In this document: in pieces, positions 49,867 through 62,882 of the stretch
Position numbering within the stretch: the stretch's first letter is position 1
Layout of the letters: each line of letters starts with the position of its first letter
NCBI RefSeq assembly: GCF_000143415.4
Contig: NW_003314266.1
Coordinates: forward strand, 1,882,463-1,946,462
Direction of reading: 5' to 3'
DNA from: Selaginella moellendorffii
Lineage: Eukaryota > Plantae > Lycopodiophyta
DNA: 64,000 nucleotides
The notes under the pieces: model-generated
Databases searched by the model: none
The model's input: only the letters and a program-made list of their open reading frames with translations
Told to the model about the DNA's origin: nothing
Made by a program: the position numbers and the translations under genes

Positions 49867-50974
49867 ATGGCTTCCTTCTCAAAAATATCCCTCTCTTTCC
49901 AGAAGAAGCTCGAGGATGGATCCCCATTCCCGCTGGTCCTTGTTCCGGCCCACGGTTCTCTCAAGGACTCGGGAGCGCTCGCCAGCGCGCTGCGAACTGA
50001 GGAGCAGCGATTGCGGCTGGAGGAGTGGCTACCCAAGAGTGGCGCGATTTTGCTGCGAGGATTCGAGGTATGGACAGCGCAGGAGCTTGACTCCATTATC
50101 GATGCGCTGGGATGGGAGGAGTACCCTTACTTGGAGATGGGTGGATCGACCAATCGAAAGCAAATGTTTGGGAAAGTTTTCACCTCCAATGACTTACCAC
50201 GTCAATATAACATTGGCTACCACAACGAGGCAGCTTATGTAAGGTTTACTCGTTCTTTTCTCTTTTTTCTAGAGCGATTCGCTTTCTATTTCTTTGTTTC
50301 CTCTTCGTGTTCTAGCTCGAGAAACCACCGGCAAAGATCGCATTTTTTGCGGAGAAAGCTCCAGAGCCTGGAACTGGAGGTGCCACTCCAATTGTCCCAG
50401 GTCACGTCGTTTACAAGCGAGTTCTTGAGAAAACCCATCTAGCAAAGCAACTTCTCGACAAAGGCCGTCTTGTTTACCGCGCGTTTCTAGACGAGAACGC
50501 CTGGAAGTCGCGACTTTCAGCCGGGGACAAGCAATCCGCCGAGACCAAGTAAGAAACTTCCTTTCTTCGAGTTTTTTGGGCTCAAAACTCTCCTCTCGAT
50601 GATCCAGCGCCGTGAAGAAGCAATTGGCTATAACCTGGCTTCCCGACGGAGGAATGATTCTCGACAGCAAACTACTGGGTCCCCTGTTCCGAAAGGATAC
50701 TGCTGGAAGGATGGCATATTTCTCGAGCCTTGGGTTTTTCGTGGAGTTTCGTAAGACGCATAAGGATTCGCCAAGAACAGCGCTTGAGTTTGAAGATGGA
50801 ACGCTGCTCGAAGATCAAGCTGGCGAAGAACTCGCGGAGATAATGCTGGAGGAAGAGGTGGCGTTTCCATGGGAGAAAGGTGACATTCTTCTGGTGGACA
50901 ATTCTGCTGTGTTACACTCGAGGCAGAAGAGCACGTCTAAGGAGCGAGAAATTCTTGTTTCTCTTGCTCGATAA
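49867..50974 (+). CDS. TauD/CAS-like dioxygenase, copy 3 (3 exons)
   Basis: Same motifs and intron sites as copies 1 and 2. Confidence 0.9.
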
Positions 50975-51133
50975 GTGTCATAAGCTTTTACTTTAAAGTT
51001 CTAGATCGTTCGAAAAGAATTTAAGAAAATAAAGAGCGATTACATTTTGTTTGCACATCTTTCAGAAAAGCTAAAACCTTTCAACGCAAACTTTTCGAAC
51101 TATCTAGAACTTTAAAGTAAGAACTTATGCCAC

Positions 51134-52251
51134 TCATTGAGCAAGAGAAACAAGAATTTCTCGCTCCTTAGACGTGCATTTCTGCCTCGAGTGCAGAACA
51201 GCAGAGTTGTCCACCAGAAGAATGTCACCTTTCTCCCATGGAAACGCCACCTCTTCCTCCAGCATTATCTCCACCAGTTCGTCGGCGGTTTCATCACGGA
51301 GCACCGTTCCATCCTCAAACCTGATCGTCGACTTCGGAAAGTCCTCCTGCATCTTGCGGAACTCTACGTACGATCCGATGCTGGTGAAGATCGCCATCCT
51401 TCCAGCACTATCTTCTTTAAACAATGGCTGCAAGGGCTTGCTCTCGAGAATCGCACCGCCTTCGGGGAGCCAAGTTAGAGTCATGTTCTGCTTCATGGCT
51501 CTAGAACAAGAAAGTCAGACCTCGCAGGACATTAAAGTATCGCAATCTTGTGGAAAGTTGAGAAAGAATTCGCTTGCCTGGTCTCGACGGTTTGCCTGTC
51601 CTGGGTTCTCAAAGCTTTGTCGCTGAGATAGGAGCGAGTTACAACAGGGCCTTTGTCGAGAAGTTGCTCGGCCAAGTGTTTTCTCTCAAGAACTCGCTTG
51701 TACACGACGTGCCCTGGAACGATCGGAGTGGCTCCTCCAGTCCCAGGCTCCGGAGGCTTCGCAGCGAAAAATGCCAGCTTTGAAGGGAATTTCGTGAGCT
51801 AAGAACACAAACAAAGCGCTCTTTGAGATTCAAGAACAAACAAAGAGATGAACTAGCTTACGTAGGCTGCCTCGTTGTGGTAACCAACGTACCAATCCAG
51901 GGGAAGATCATTAGCGGTGAGAACCTTTCCATGGACCCTCTTTCGATTGGCCAGTCCACCGAGCTCCAAGTAGTTGTACTCCTCCCATCCCAGGGCATCG
52001 ATGATCGAATCAAACTCCTGCCCCGTCCATACGTCGAATCCTCGCAGCAAAATCGCGCCGCTCCTGATCAGCCACTCATCCAGCTGCGATCGCTGCTCCT
52101 GGATTCGCAGGGCGCTGGCGAGAGCTCCAGCGCCCTTGGGCGATCCTTTCGCCGGCGTTAGAACCAGTGGAAATGGCGATCCATTGTCGAGCTCCTTTTG
52201 GAAAGGAAGATATGATTGCAAGTACATCGCTGACAGTAGCGAGTGAGCCAT
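51134..52251 (-). CDS. TauD/CAS-like dioxygenase, copy 4 (more divergent)
   Basis: YHNEAAY, WEKGDILLVDNSAVLHSR. Confidence 0.88.
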
Positions 52252-52348
52252 TATTTAGGGCCACACAAATGGAGCGTTTTCATTGGCGGGAGGTTTGGCG
52301 CCAAGTTTAAATTGCTTCTTGAGCCCTAGCGGCGGTGGGCCGGTGGCT

Positions 52349-54392
52349 ATGGCTGATCCAAGAATGTCCGACTATGCGCGCAAGAGGGCCGAGAACATGG
52401 CGAGGAACGCCGAGAAGCTCGCGGAGCTGGGGATCCATGAGGCGGCCAAGTTTCTCCAGATTCCAATCAGGTTCTTTCGTCTTACCCTAGTTCTCTAGCC
52501 GATGAGTGGAGATTTAGAAATTTTCCTCCAGCGATCGCAATGCTGTCGTGTAGTTTTCTTGAATCCTTGTGCTTTGGTCTTTTCTGCGGCATTTGTGTTG
52601 TTTGTTTGAGAGTTTCATTCTTTTGTTTCCAAAAGATAGCGAAAGCAAAAAAATGATATTTTCTTTTTGGATTCTATATTCACGCGACGCATGGGGAGCA
52701 TTTTCTTGAATCCTTGTGCTTTGATCTCTTCTGCCGCATTTGTTTTGTTCGTTTGAGATCTCATTTTTTGTTTCCAAAAGATAGCTAAAGTAAAAAAGAG
52801 GATTTCTTCTTTTTTGATTCCATATTCACTCCACGAGCATTTCTTGCTTGTCTGCCGCATTTGTGTTGTTTGTTTAAGATTTTCTTCCAAAAGACAGGAT
52901 TTTTTTTCTTGTTTGATTCTATATTCACTCGACGCATTCTGTTTCCAGGGAGCAGCAAAAGAGAAAACCCAAAGGGTATAAATCTGAGAAGAGGCCCAGA
53001 GATGAACAGCCGCTTGTAATTCGGAGGTCACTGCGTACTCGAGGAATCTCTCCAGAGGTCGGGCCTCTCAAGGACGAACTTTCCGATGCCAAAGTGGTGC
53101 CAGAGCCAGAGAAGCTTGACAAACTTAACTGGGAGAAGCCTGTTTCCTTCTCTGACGTTCGTGTCAACGACGAGCCCTCAGATGATTCAGTGCGTGCTCG
53201 CATTGGCGAGGCAGTAAAAGGCGAGTGTTTGGTAAACTCGGAGGACCAGCGACCAAAGGACGACTTTGAGCCGCTATCTTTGAAACTCGCTGAGAAGGAC
53301 GTCGTGAGGATTGTGCCGGAGAAAATTCTCAGCCTGATTCTCCTTCCTCTGAGTTCAAAGCTGGTGGTGGCTGCCGGGGACAGAGCGGGAAATATCGGCC
53401 TCTGGGATGCTGATTACAACGACGAGAGTGACGAAAGTGTTGTCCACATTTATCGGCCTCACAGGATACCTGTTACAGCAATAGCAAGCGCACCTGCGAG
53501 CTTTACACAGGTGAGTTATGGAATACATTATTTTACTTTCCTTTTTTATTTCTAACAGCGCCTTTGCCTTTGTAGATTGCGACTTGCAGCTGTGATGGTT
53601 CTGTCCTCCTCATGGACATTGACAAAGCGGCTTTCAGCAGAGTGTTTTTATCTGACGAGTCCTTAAGTGCCATGAGCTATCTCGCAGAGAGCACGCACGT
53701 TATTTCCATTGGTGACTACGAAGGAGATATGAAACTAGTGGATGCAAGAAGCTCCACGGTAGCGTCACACTGGAAGCTGCACGAGAGACGCATTCACTCC
53801 ATAGACTCTACGCCGCAGCGGCCTCACCAGGTTGCTACAAGTTCCGGAGATGGAACAGTCTCCCTGTGGGACGTCCGCGTCACAAAGAGGAACCTGGCAA
53901 CCATGACCCACGGAAAAGCCGTGCACTCGGCATACTTCTCACCATCGGGAGATCAACTGGCTTCGACCAGGTAAATACTCAAAACGTTTTAAAGTTGCCT
54001 TTATGGCTGAGTTACTCGATCCCCGCAGTTATGACGATCACGTAGGCCTCTGGAGTGGAAAGCACAATAACGATCCCGTCATGATCAGCCACAACAATCA
54101 GACAAACCGCTGGATTGCGACGTTCAGGTGGGAAACCTTTTGAGTAAAAATCTCGAAATGCGGATTTAAATTGCGTTGCAGGGCAATTTGGAGCTGGAGT
54201 GACAACTACGTCTACATTGCAAACATGAGCAGAGCCATCGATGTGATATCCACTCGCGAGAACAAACTGGTTGCATCGCTTCGAAGCGAGGAAATGACTT
54301 CCATACCCTCGAGACTGGCACGGCATCCTCTTTTACCTGGAGTTCTGGCCGGTGGCACTGCCGGTGGCAAAATCTTTCTGTGGAGAAGTTAA
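52349..54392 (+). CDS. WDR76: WD40 protein of the WDR76/CMR1 family (multi-exon)
   Basis: N-terminal SDYARKRAENMARN, RRSLRTRG, WD40 repeats (GTVSLWDVR, HSAYFSPSG, HNNQTNRWI). Confidence 0.85.
52550..52945 (+). repeat. Degenerate ~150-bp tandem repeat (about 3 units) in WDR76 intron 1
   Basis: GCATTTG...TTTGAGA...CCAAAAGATAGC...ATTCTATATTCAC recurs three times. Confidence 0.75.
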
Positions 54393-54649
54393 TCGTGTTC
54401 AATCAACACTGACTCCTTTTTTTACATTTTTTCTCGCTCAGCCAACTTAATCAGATAAGGAGAAGAATGGCAGGGTCCCAAATGGGAAAACTCGACTCGG
54501 GAGGCAACACGTGGAGAGCCGGGACATAAGTATAATTTTTTGAGGGTTCCTTGGCTTGGCAGTGTGGAGGCTTCGCTTTCTTTCCTTGAGGTACATGTCC
54601 GTTTAGCTGTTCTTGATGATTCCTTCTTTATTTTCTTGATAGCAAAGCT

Positions 54650-56834
54650 ATGGATCCTTACAAGGTATTAGTTCTCCTTTTTTTTTTTCTTTTTTTTTCC
54701 CCCCCACGTTTAGTGCTCTGATCTTCTTCGTCTTTCCAGCACACTCCATCAAGCGCTTTCAATTCTTCTTTTTTCACCACAAACTCTGGCACTCCCGTCT
54801 GGAACAACAATTCCTCTTTGACAGTTGGGTCACGAGGTACGTTATGATAGTGTTCGTTCTTTCTTGTAAGCGTTTAATTTTTTTTTTTCTCAACGATCTC
54901 TCACATGGTGTTTTATCAGGGCCTATTCTGCTGGAAGATTATCACTTGATCGAGAAGCTTGCTCAGTTTGACAGGGAACGCATTCCCGAGCGCGTCGTCC
55001 ATGCGCGTGGAGCAAGTGCAAAGGGTTACTTTGAAGTCACCCACGACATCTCAAACCTCACCTGCGCGGATTTCCTGCGTGCACCTGGAGTCCAGACACC
55101 GCTGATTGTGAGGTTCTCCACCGTCATTCACGAACGTGGAAGCCCCGAGACACTCCGTGATCCCAGAGGCTTTGCCGTCAAGTTCTACACGCGGGAGGTG
55201 AGTAAACTATCTGGTCATGTTGCTAAGTTGGACACGAAATTCCATCTTTGACTTTTTTCGCTTTGTTTGCGAGCAGGGAAACTTCGATCTGGTTGGAAAC
55301 AACATTCCCGTGTTCTTCGTACGTGATGGCATCAAGTTCCCTGACATGATCCACGCTCTCAAGCCAAACCCAAAGACGCATGTTCAAGAGCCTTGGCGCA
55401 TTATGGACCACTTCTCGCATCATCCGGAGAGCTGTCACATGTTTACTTTTCTCTTCGACGACCACGGAATTCCTCTCAATTACCGTCACATGGAAGGCTT
55501 CGGGGTACACACGTTCACTCTGGTCAATCGCGCCGGCAAGTGTACGTATGTCAAGTTCCACTGGAAGCCAACTTGCGGACTAAAGTATCTGAGCAAGCAA
55601 GAGGCTGTGGTCGTCGGCGGCTCTAATCACAGCCATGCGACCAAGGATCTCTACGACTCCATCGCGGCCGGGAACTATCCAGAGTGGAAGCTGTTCATTC
55701 AGACTATGAACCCCTCCAACGAGGAGATGTTCGACTTTGATCCGCTCGACGTTACGAAGACTTGGCCGGAGGAAATGTTCCCGCTCCAACCGGTTGGCCG
55801 CATGGTGCTCAACAAAAACATTGACAACTTCTTCGCTGAGAACGAGCAGCTTGCATTTTGTCCGGCGCTCATCGTCCCTGGCGTCTACTATACCGACGAC
55901 AAGATGCTCCAGACTAGAATCTTCTCATACGCCGACACGCAGCGGCACCGACTTGGACCGAACTATCTCATGCTGCCTGCAAATGCACCCAAGTGCGCAC
56001 ATCACAATAATCATCACGAAGGCTTTATGAACTTCATGCACAGGGATGAGGAGGTATGGTGGTGGAATGTTCTCCAGTTTTTTCTTTGTTTGAGCTTTTT
56101 TTAATGATTTGTACTCGTTCTGTCTTTTTGATTTTTCTAACCACTCGTCGTGAACTGTCAAACACAGGTGAACTATTTTCCATCACGATTCGACGCAGTT
56201 CGCCACGCCGAGCAAGTCCCGATTCCCTCACGTCCTGTGAGTGGCCGCCGAGAAAAGGTAGAGAAAAGCTTTGGCTTGTTTAAGCCTGGATGCCAGCTTC
56301 AAAGTCTTGACCGGTGCGTGCACAGGTGATGCTGGAAAAGGAGAACAATTTCGCACAACCTGGCGTGAGGTACAGATCATGGCCAGCTGACAGGTGAGCG
56401 AGCAATGTCGTGCAAAAACTTCTGCCCATGTTTTTCTTCCAATTTTTTTTTTTTTTTTTAATTTCTCTCGCTCTCCCTCTCTCTCTTCTTTCTCTATTTC
56501 TCTCTCTCACTCGCTTGAGGATCTGGTGGTCGTGCAAAGCAAAGTTTCCTAACTTTTGTGTTACACTGACTGTCTTTGCTTGGCAGGCAAGAGAGGTTCA
56601 TTGAGAATTGGGTGGACGCTCTATCCGATTCACGCGTTACTCATGAAATACGCAGCGTGTGGATTTCGTATTGGTCCCAGGTACGTAGCTTGTCTTTCTA
56701 TTCTTTCTTTTTTATCCTTCGACCGTCTCGATAGTGCACGGCATGCTAATTGTCTTTCTGCTTAACGCGTGCAGTGCGATAAGTCCCTCGGCCAGCGAAT
56801 CGCGGCTCAACTTCAGTCCAAATCCAACATGTGA
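54650..56834 (+). CDS. CAT: Catalase (multi-exon)
   Basis: MDPYK first exon, [28 protein letters not shown]. Confidence 0.97.
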
Positions 56835-57583
56835 TTCAGCCTGGGTTGGAGGTTTGTGGCTTTTGTTTCCAGTTTTTCTTTCCTTTTCGTGCAAGTAGCT
56901 CGCGCTGTTGTCTCTTGTGATATGATATATCTTTAATCTTTGCTAGCTTTTTTTCCAAAAGGCTTCCAAGTCAAGGCGATTGAATTGAGCCCCAGCAGCC
57001 TGCCAGAAGAGAGAACGCAAAGTATATTTAAGAGTGTGAAAGCTTTGAACGTTTTCTTCCTTTTTTTCCTTCTTGGTCAGGGACTGATGAGCCACCTTTC
57101 TTTGTGGAATCAAATCAGATGTTGATTCCTGTGTGCCGGAAAGATGTGTTGCAACAAATCTAAAGAAAAGGAAAAAAATGTTTGTGAAGATCAATCTCTA
57201 CCAAACTATGCTGTGCTCGTACGCGCAACCAGTGGTGATAAAAAAACACACTTCGAAAAATATGAGAGATGAAATTATGCAGTGCTGGCCTACCCAACTG
57301 TTCGTTCTCCTGTCCACAAAATCTCCGATTTTTCTCTTTTCCGACATTTTAAATCGCGGGAATATCCTGCGGCATAATCATTCCGTACAAGAGACTTCCC
57401 ACCAAGAAACGAATGAATGAATGAAAACGAATGACACAAAAGATCCCAAAACTGGCCTAACACTCTCTCACTTTCTCCTCCAATAAGAGAACTAAAAACT
57501 CTAGAAAACTACTAAGATCTCTCCAGCTCTAAAGAAACAAAGAAACAAAGAGATACCTTGCAAAGAAGCAAACTCGCTCGCTC

Positions 57584-59725
57584 TCAAAATCGTCGGCCTT
57601 CTTCCTCTTCGTCATCATCCGTAGTCGTGGTAGCAGTCGCGGTAACAGTCGCGGTACCAGTCGTGGTAGCGGTCGCGGTTGGCTCCCTTTGGCGGCGCAT
57701 CTCCAGCACCTTCTTGTGAGAATTGGAGTGCTTTTGCGGCACGAAGCTCGGGCTCGCCGCCGGCCTATACTCCGGGAACAATCTCCCGGACTTAAACCTC
57801 ACGCCACAAGCATTGCACAGCGTCTTTGGTCCCAGTGGCCCCGTCCTCCACTGCGGGGTCTTCTGGCTCCCACAGTGGAGGCACTTTTGGAGTGGCTGAT
57901 TGGGATCCGGAAGGCCCCTCTTGGCCGCCGCGCTCCCGCCGCCACCCCCTCCAAAGTTCTTGGAAGTGCCGGTAATGCCACTGTTCTTGCCCGAGGTGGT
58001 GGCGGCGCTGTTGCTGTTGTTGGTCTTGGACTTCTTCTTTGGCGGGCGGCGCGAGTTCTTGAGCTCCAGCTCGTAGTCGTCGTCGTGGAGGCTGTAGAAG
58101 CGGCCGCTGTCCGCCGAGAAGGACGAGGAGCAGCAGTGGATCTTCTTCCGGTTGTTGCTCGTCGTCGTCTCGTCGTCCAGCAGCGACGACGAGCCATCGA
58201 GCTCATCGTCGGTGGAGAAGTTTGAGTTGTTGTCATCGTCCTCCTCCTCCTCCTCCTCTTCTTCCTCCTCTTCCTCCTCCTCCTCCTCATCCTCGCTCGC
58301 CGTGGTACAATTCGAGCTGCTTGGAGCTCGAGGAGGCACCGAGGACGTGGTCGTCGCCCAAGCCTTAGTCCTCGATCGCTTGGAGCGAGGCTGACGATCC
58401 TGCTGCTGCTCAAGGTGGCGGCGGTGGTGCGCAATCCCGGCGTTATAAGAAGCTTTGTTGTGATCATCGGTGATCCAAGACGCGGTGGTGGAGCTCGACT
58501 CGAGCTGCGCCGGCTCGGACGAGGCCGGGATCACGTAAGAACTGTGGTGGTGGTGGTCGCGCAGCGAGCTCTTGAACGGATAAGTGGACGCCGGCGATGG
58601 CGAGAACTTGGCCTCCTCCGCGGCGGCGGCGTGGACCGCGTCCTCGATCGACGACGAGTCGTCCACGAAGTTCGTGAGCCATCCAAGCTCCGGGATCTCG
58701 TCACACTGGAAGAACAAGAAATTAAGTTAGCTTTCGTATTTTATCATAGCAGCAAAAAAAACAAGGAAAAAAAAAATGCTTATAAAGAAAAAACTCCAGG
58801 AGAAAAAAGAAAGAAGAAAAGTGGAAAGAGTGAAGGCATGGCATGGCTTCAACAAGAGCAATAAATTTCGGCCAGGAGAGGTGGCCTTAAATGGCTCCAG
58901 TAACGAAAGATGTCATGTATGTTACACCACTCTCTCACACTCACACACAAACTCTCTCACACTACTCACACCACTCCCTTGTTATATCGCACACAAACAG
59001 TCAAGCAAGCACACCATTTCTCTCTCTCGCTCTCTTTTTCCACTCCCGGTCCAGAGAACCAATCTGGATAGGAGCAAAACGAATGAAACGAAACGCCACC
59101 ACCAAGAACACCACCAGAAACGAAGAAGAGAAGACCACGATTCACGAACAAGCCAAAGCGAAACCAAACGAGCGAGTGGTGTGAGTGAGTGAGTGAGTGA
59201 ATGAGTGAGTGACCCGGGAATTGAATGAATGGGGAGCGCGCAACGAGTGAGCAAATGAATGAAAAGGAGCGAGCGATGGAGATGGAGCTGGCCGAGAGAG
59301 AAAAGAGGAAGAAAAGCAAGAAAAAAAAGGAGACTTACATGCATGCCGATGAGCTCCAGCTCCTCCTTGCTCCCGACGTCCAAGTCCGCGATTTCTAATT
59401 CCCCCGGATCGAGCTCCTCCTCGTCCTCCTCCTTGTGCTGCCGATCGCCTCCTTCCTCCGCCGCCGCCGCCGCGGCATTGACCAGACCATCCTCTTCTTC
59501 ATCGCCTTCTTCCACCTTGGCGATGGTGGCGGAGCTTTTGGCGATGGCGGCCGAGGAAGTGGTAACAGTGGAAGCGTTCTTGCTGCTGCTAAAGTTGGCA
59601 ATGGGGCCGGAAATCTCCTCGTTGGTGAAGTCGAGGAGATCGTCCACGCGGAAAACCTCCACCCCGAGCTTGAAGCTACAGTCGAGATCGATGAAATTGG
59701 CGTGCCTGCTGCTCAGTACCTCCAT
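57584..59725 (-). CDS. Class A GATA transcription factor (exons 59725-59339, 58705-57584)
   Basis: [48 protein letters not shown]; poly-Glu tract. Confidence 0.93.
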
Positions 59726-59917
59726 TTACCTCCAAAGCTGCGCTATGGCGACCGCGATAAACCCCGCAAAACCCGAGCGCCGCGCGCTCTCGCCCACCGC
59801 TAGCGCTCCTTTCCTCTCTCGAATTCCCAGGCGCCCAATTCGGCAAGGAATTGGGCGATGGAATTCGCTCACACGGAAGAAACCTTGTTAGGTAAGGAAG
59901 AAGAAGTTCTCGCTAGA

Positions 59918-59918
59918 G

Positions 59919-59952
<34 letters not shown>
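59918..59952. repeat. (CT)n(CA)n microsatellite
   Basis: Read directly from the sequence. Confidence 0.9.
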
Positions 59953-59953
<1 letters not shown>

Positions 59954-60450
59954 GGTCACTCACGCTCGACTTGTTTCGATCAAGAGGACACGGCGATGGG
60001 AGACGATCGAGGCGAAGAGTCACTCCACCACGGCATAGAAGTTTTCAGCGACTGGCTTTGACGAAGTCGCGCGTCCCAGCGCGTGGTGGTGGTGGCGGTG
60101 GTGGTAGTGGTGGTGACGATGAGAGAAGAGAGAGAAGAGAAGGACGAAGGGGAATATCTCCTCGATCGATTGGTGGGCGATGGCCTGCGGCTGGAATTCG
60201 CAGCTGGGCACAGGAATGCAGCTCATCCAATCCAAGAGGCGCCGAATCGAGAGCCGCCCACAAGGCGAGGCGCCCGAATTGGAGCCGCCCACAACAGTGG
60301 CTCCTCGCAAATCGATGGAATCGATTGGCAAGTATAGCGAGGGAGGAAAAGAATATAAGAAGGGAGAGACCCAATGAAGCGAGCTCGAGCAGCAAGCTGA
60401 CAAGTAGCTCCCGGACAACGCTAATCTCCTCCCAAAACCCCCAAAAACCA

Positions 60451-60487
60451 CTTCTTCTTTCTTCTTCTTCTTCTTCTTCTTCTTCTT
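60451..60487. repeat. (CTT)n microsatellite
   Basis: Read directly from the sequence. Confidence 0.9.
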
Positions 60488-61644
60488 TCTTCTCTACGCT
60501 TTGTTGGTTCTCTTGCTCCTCTCGATTGATCGATTCCTCCTTTCTGTGAGCTTAAAGCTCACGCTTCCTCCACAAAGATGATAGAAACAAAGGAAAGAAA
60601 GAAAGCTCTTTCTACTCTCGCCTCTCCTCCTCCATTCTCTCCCTTGTGTGATTTTAGGGAAAAAAAAAGCTTTGGGCACCACTACTACACTACCACCACT
60701 GACACAAAGAAGCTGTTACGCTTATTAGCTACACTCTAGCCTGGAGAGCGAGAAAAAAAAAGCACTAAAGCTTTTTTTTGGAATTTTTTTGGTGAGATTT
60801 TTAAACTACTTAACGCTAGCTTGATCGATCATTCGCCGCTAAGAACCTCTCGCCTTCTCTCCAAAAATTCTTTCTTTGCTTGATTTTTTCGTCCATTTCT
60901 CCGCGGTGATCCTGTAACTGTTTAGCATAACAGCCCAACAATTCTTCCTTCTAAGGCATGACAGGTGGGAACAGAGATCTTGTTATGTTAGCGCAAAACT
61001 TAAAAGAATTCCTCCATTTTTCTTTAATCCTCTTTCTTTTCTATTTTCCTGGCTTTATTTTCCCACTTTTTAAATTTTTTTCCTTTTGTTTCTTTTAGAG
61101 CCAACGTGGTCTGGCGCGCAGTGCCAGCCACTTTCTCGCTTCCAGCCGACGGAGATTCCCGCGTCTCCGGATCCCCGACACGTGGAAGATCCGACGGTGG
61201 GGATGCCGGCACCGCCGTGTCGGCCGGTCGGACAGCCGGCCCAACGTGCCGCGAACGTGACTGACCACCACCGCACACCGCCGCCGCACCGCGCGGTGGA
61301 CATTCCGGGGCGGAATGTGGCCGGGCATCAGAATGTCCGGGAGTGTGGCTTTTACTTGTTTTTTTTTTTTGTGTGTGTGTTTTTTTCTAACATTTTACTA
61401 TAAGAAGTTAGGTGCTCGACAGCCATCCCATGACAAGTAGCGTTGCTCCATCCATTTGCTGGCTGGCTGGCGGGGCGGGTCTGGCTTAGTAAAAATAAAA
61501 GATGCCGCCAGGGATGCCTTAAAATTCCCGGAACCTCCTCCTTTTCAGTGGAGAAACCACTGGAGGAGACATTTCAGAGCGTTTGGTCGAAGAACACAAC
61601 TTTCCAAAGTCTCGACTTGCGACTTCCCACCGCCAATTTTCCAG

Positions 61645-61646
<2 letters not shown>

Positions 61647-61676
<30 letters not shown>
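61647..61676. repeat. (CT)n microsatellite
   Basis: Read directly from the sequence. Confidence 0.9.
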
Positions 61677-61679
<3 letters not shown>

Positions 61680-62740
61680 CGTACTTGAGACCTTGAGCGT
61701 ATTGTTGCGTGATAATTTTGACGTTCCAACGGTGGCCAACCCTTGAAAACACTTCGAAACCCTCTCTCTCGGTATATATCAATCGAATCTCTCGAACTTC
61801 CATTGGTCTAGAAAAGAAACCACAAACTCAACACACGCTGCTAAACGACATGGCACGGTGGGTAACAACTCTTGGGTTGTGACAACTTAACACGTTTTGA
61901 TGCTTTACGGAGCTTTTAAATCTTTTCTAATGTTTACCAGCCGCTAAGTTTCAAAGCTTTGCTCATACGCTGACACAATAATAGGTGAATTCCTAGTTTT
62001 ATCTCTTTACAAAGCCAAAGATTGCCAAAGTTTGTTCAGCAATGCTCAGTACTGCCAGAGAGGAGCAAAAAAACTTTATGAGAGTCGCTGCATTTGCATC
62101 CCACACCACATAGCATAGGGGGGCAGTAGAAACAAGCATGGTAGGAAACAAAAGAAATTTAAGAAAAGGTGGCCGATGTTGTGTGAAGAACGATCATTCC
62201 GTACAAGAGAGAACTGCAAGTCACTCATTGACACCACAAGGATTAGGATTTGATAAGTTGGGGGGGGGGGGGGGTTGCTCTGATCCTGCAATTTGGTCTA
62301 CTAAACTCTGCAATATCTACTTGCTTGCAATTTACAAAAGGCAGGTGAGTTTTCTAACCTGAGGCCTGAAGGAGAATCAAAGTGTGCACATGCAGGGGCA
62401 TCAAATCAGACCTCATGTTCTTGGCACAAAAGTTGACTTTAAACCACATGGCAAATGCAAGGTGGGTGCAAGCCTAAATGAAGTGAATCTCTTATAAAAT
62501 TACGCCCCCAGCGGTAAAAAAGAAACAACTTTGGTCTGATCTCGAAGTCAGTAGTCCATCTGATCCAAGATCAATGTACGCTCTCCTCAGGATTTCCATT
62601 TGACTTTATATTATTAATTAGTAATATACGAAAAAGAAAAAGTTATTATTATCTTTTAAAACTTAGTAAGTGTCAAAAATTTAAAAATTTTAGGTGTAAA
62701 TTTAAATTATTAGTTAATGATAGAAACTACCAAGGACATG

Positions 62741-62813
62741 CGCGCCAGGCAGGGATCGAACCTGCGACTTTCTGCTTAGGAAACAGACGCTCTATCCGCT
62801 GAGCTACAGGCGC
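62741..62813 (-). tRNA. tRNA-Arg(CCT)
   Basis: GCGCCTGTAGCTCAGCGGATAGAGCG TCTGT TT CCT AA GCAGA AAGTC GCAGGTTCGATCCCTGC CTGGCGCG; 73-nt cloverleaf. Confidence 0.96.
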
Positions 62814-62882
62814 TAAGCTGCGGAATTAAAAAAGCTTAATTTGCTAAGTAACGAGTGAAAATCCTAGCGGATTGATGGATTG

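Noticed and set aside
57689-60549. Antisense and alternate-frame ORFs over the GATA gene and its upstream region
   Set aside because: GC-rich, low-complexity shadows with no recognisable domains.
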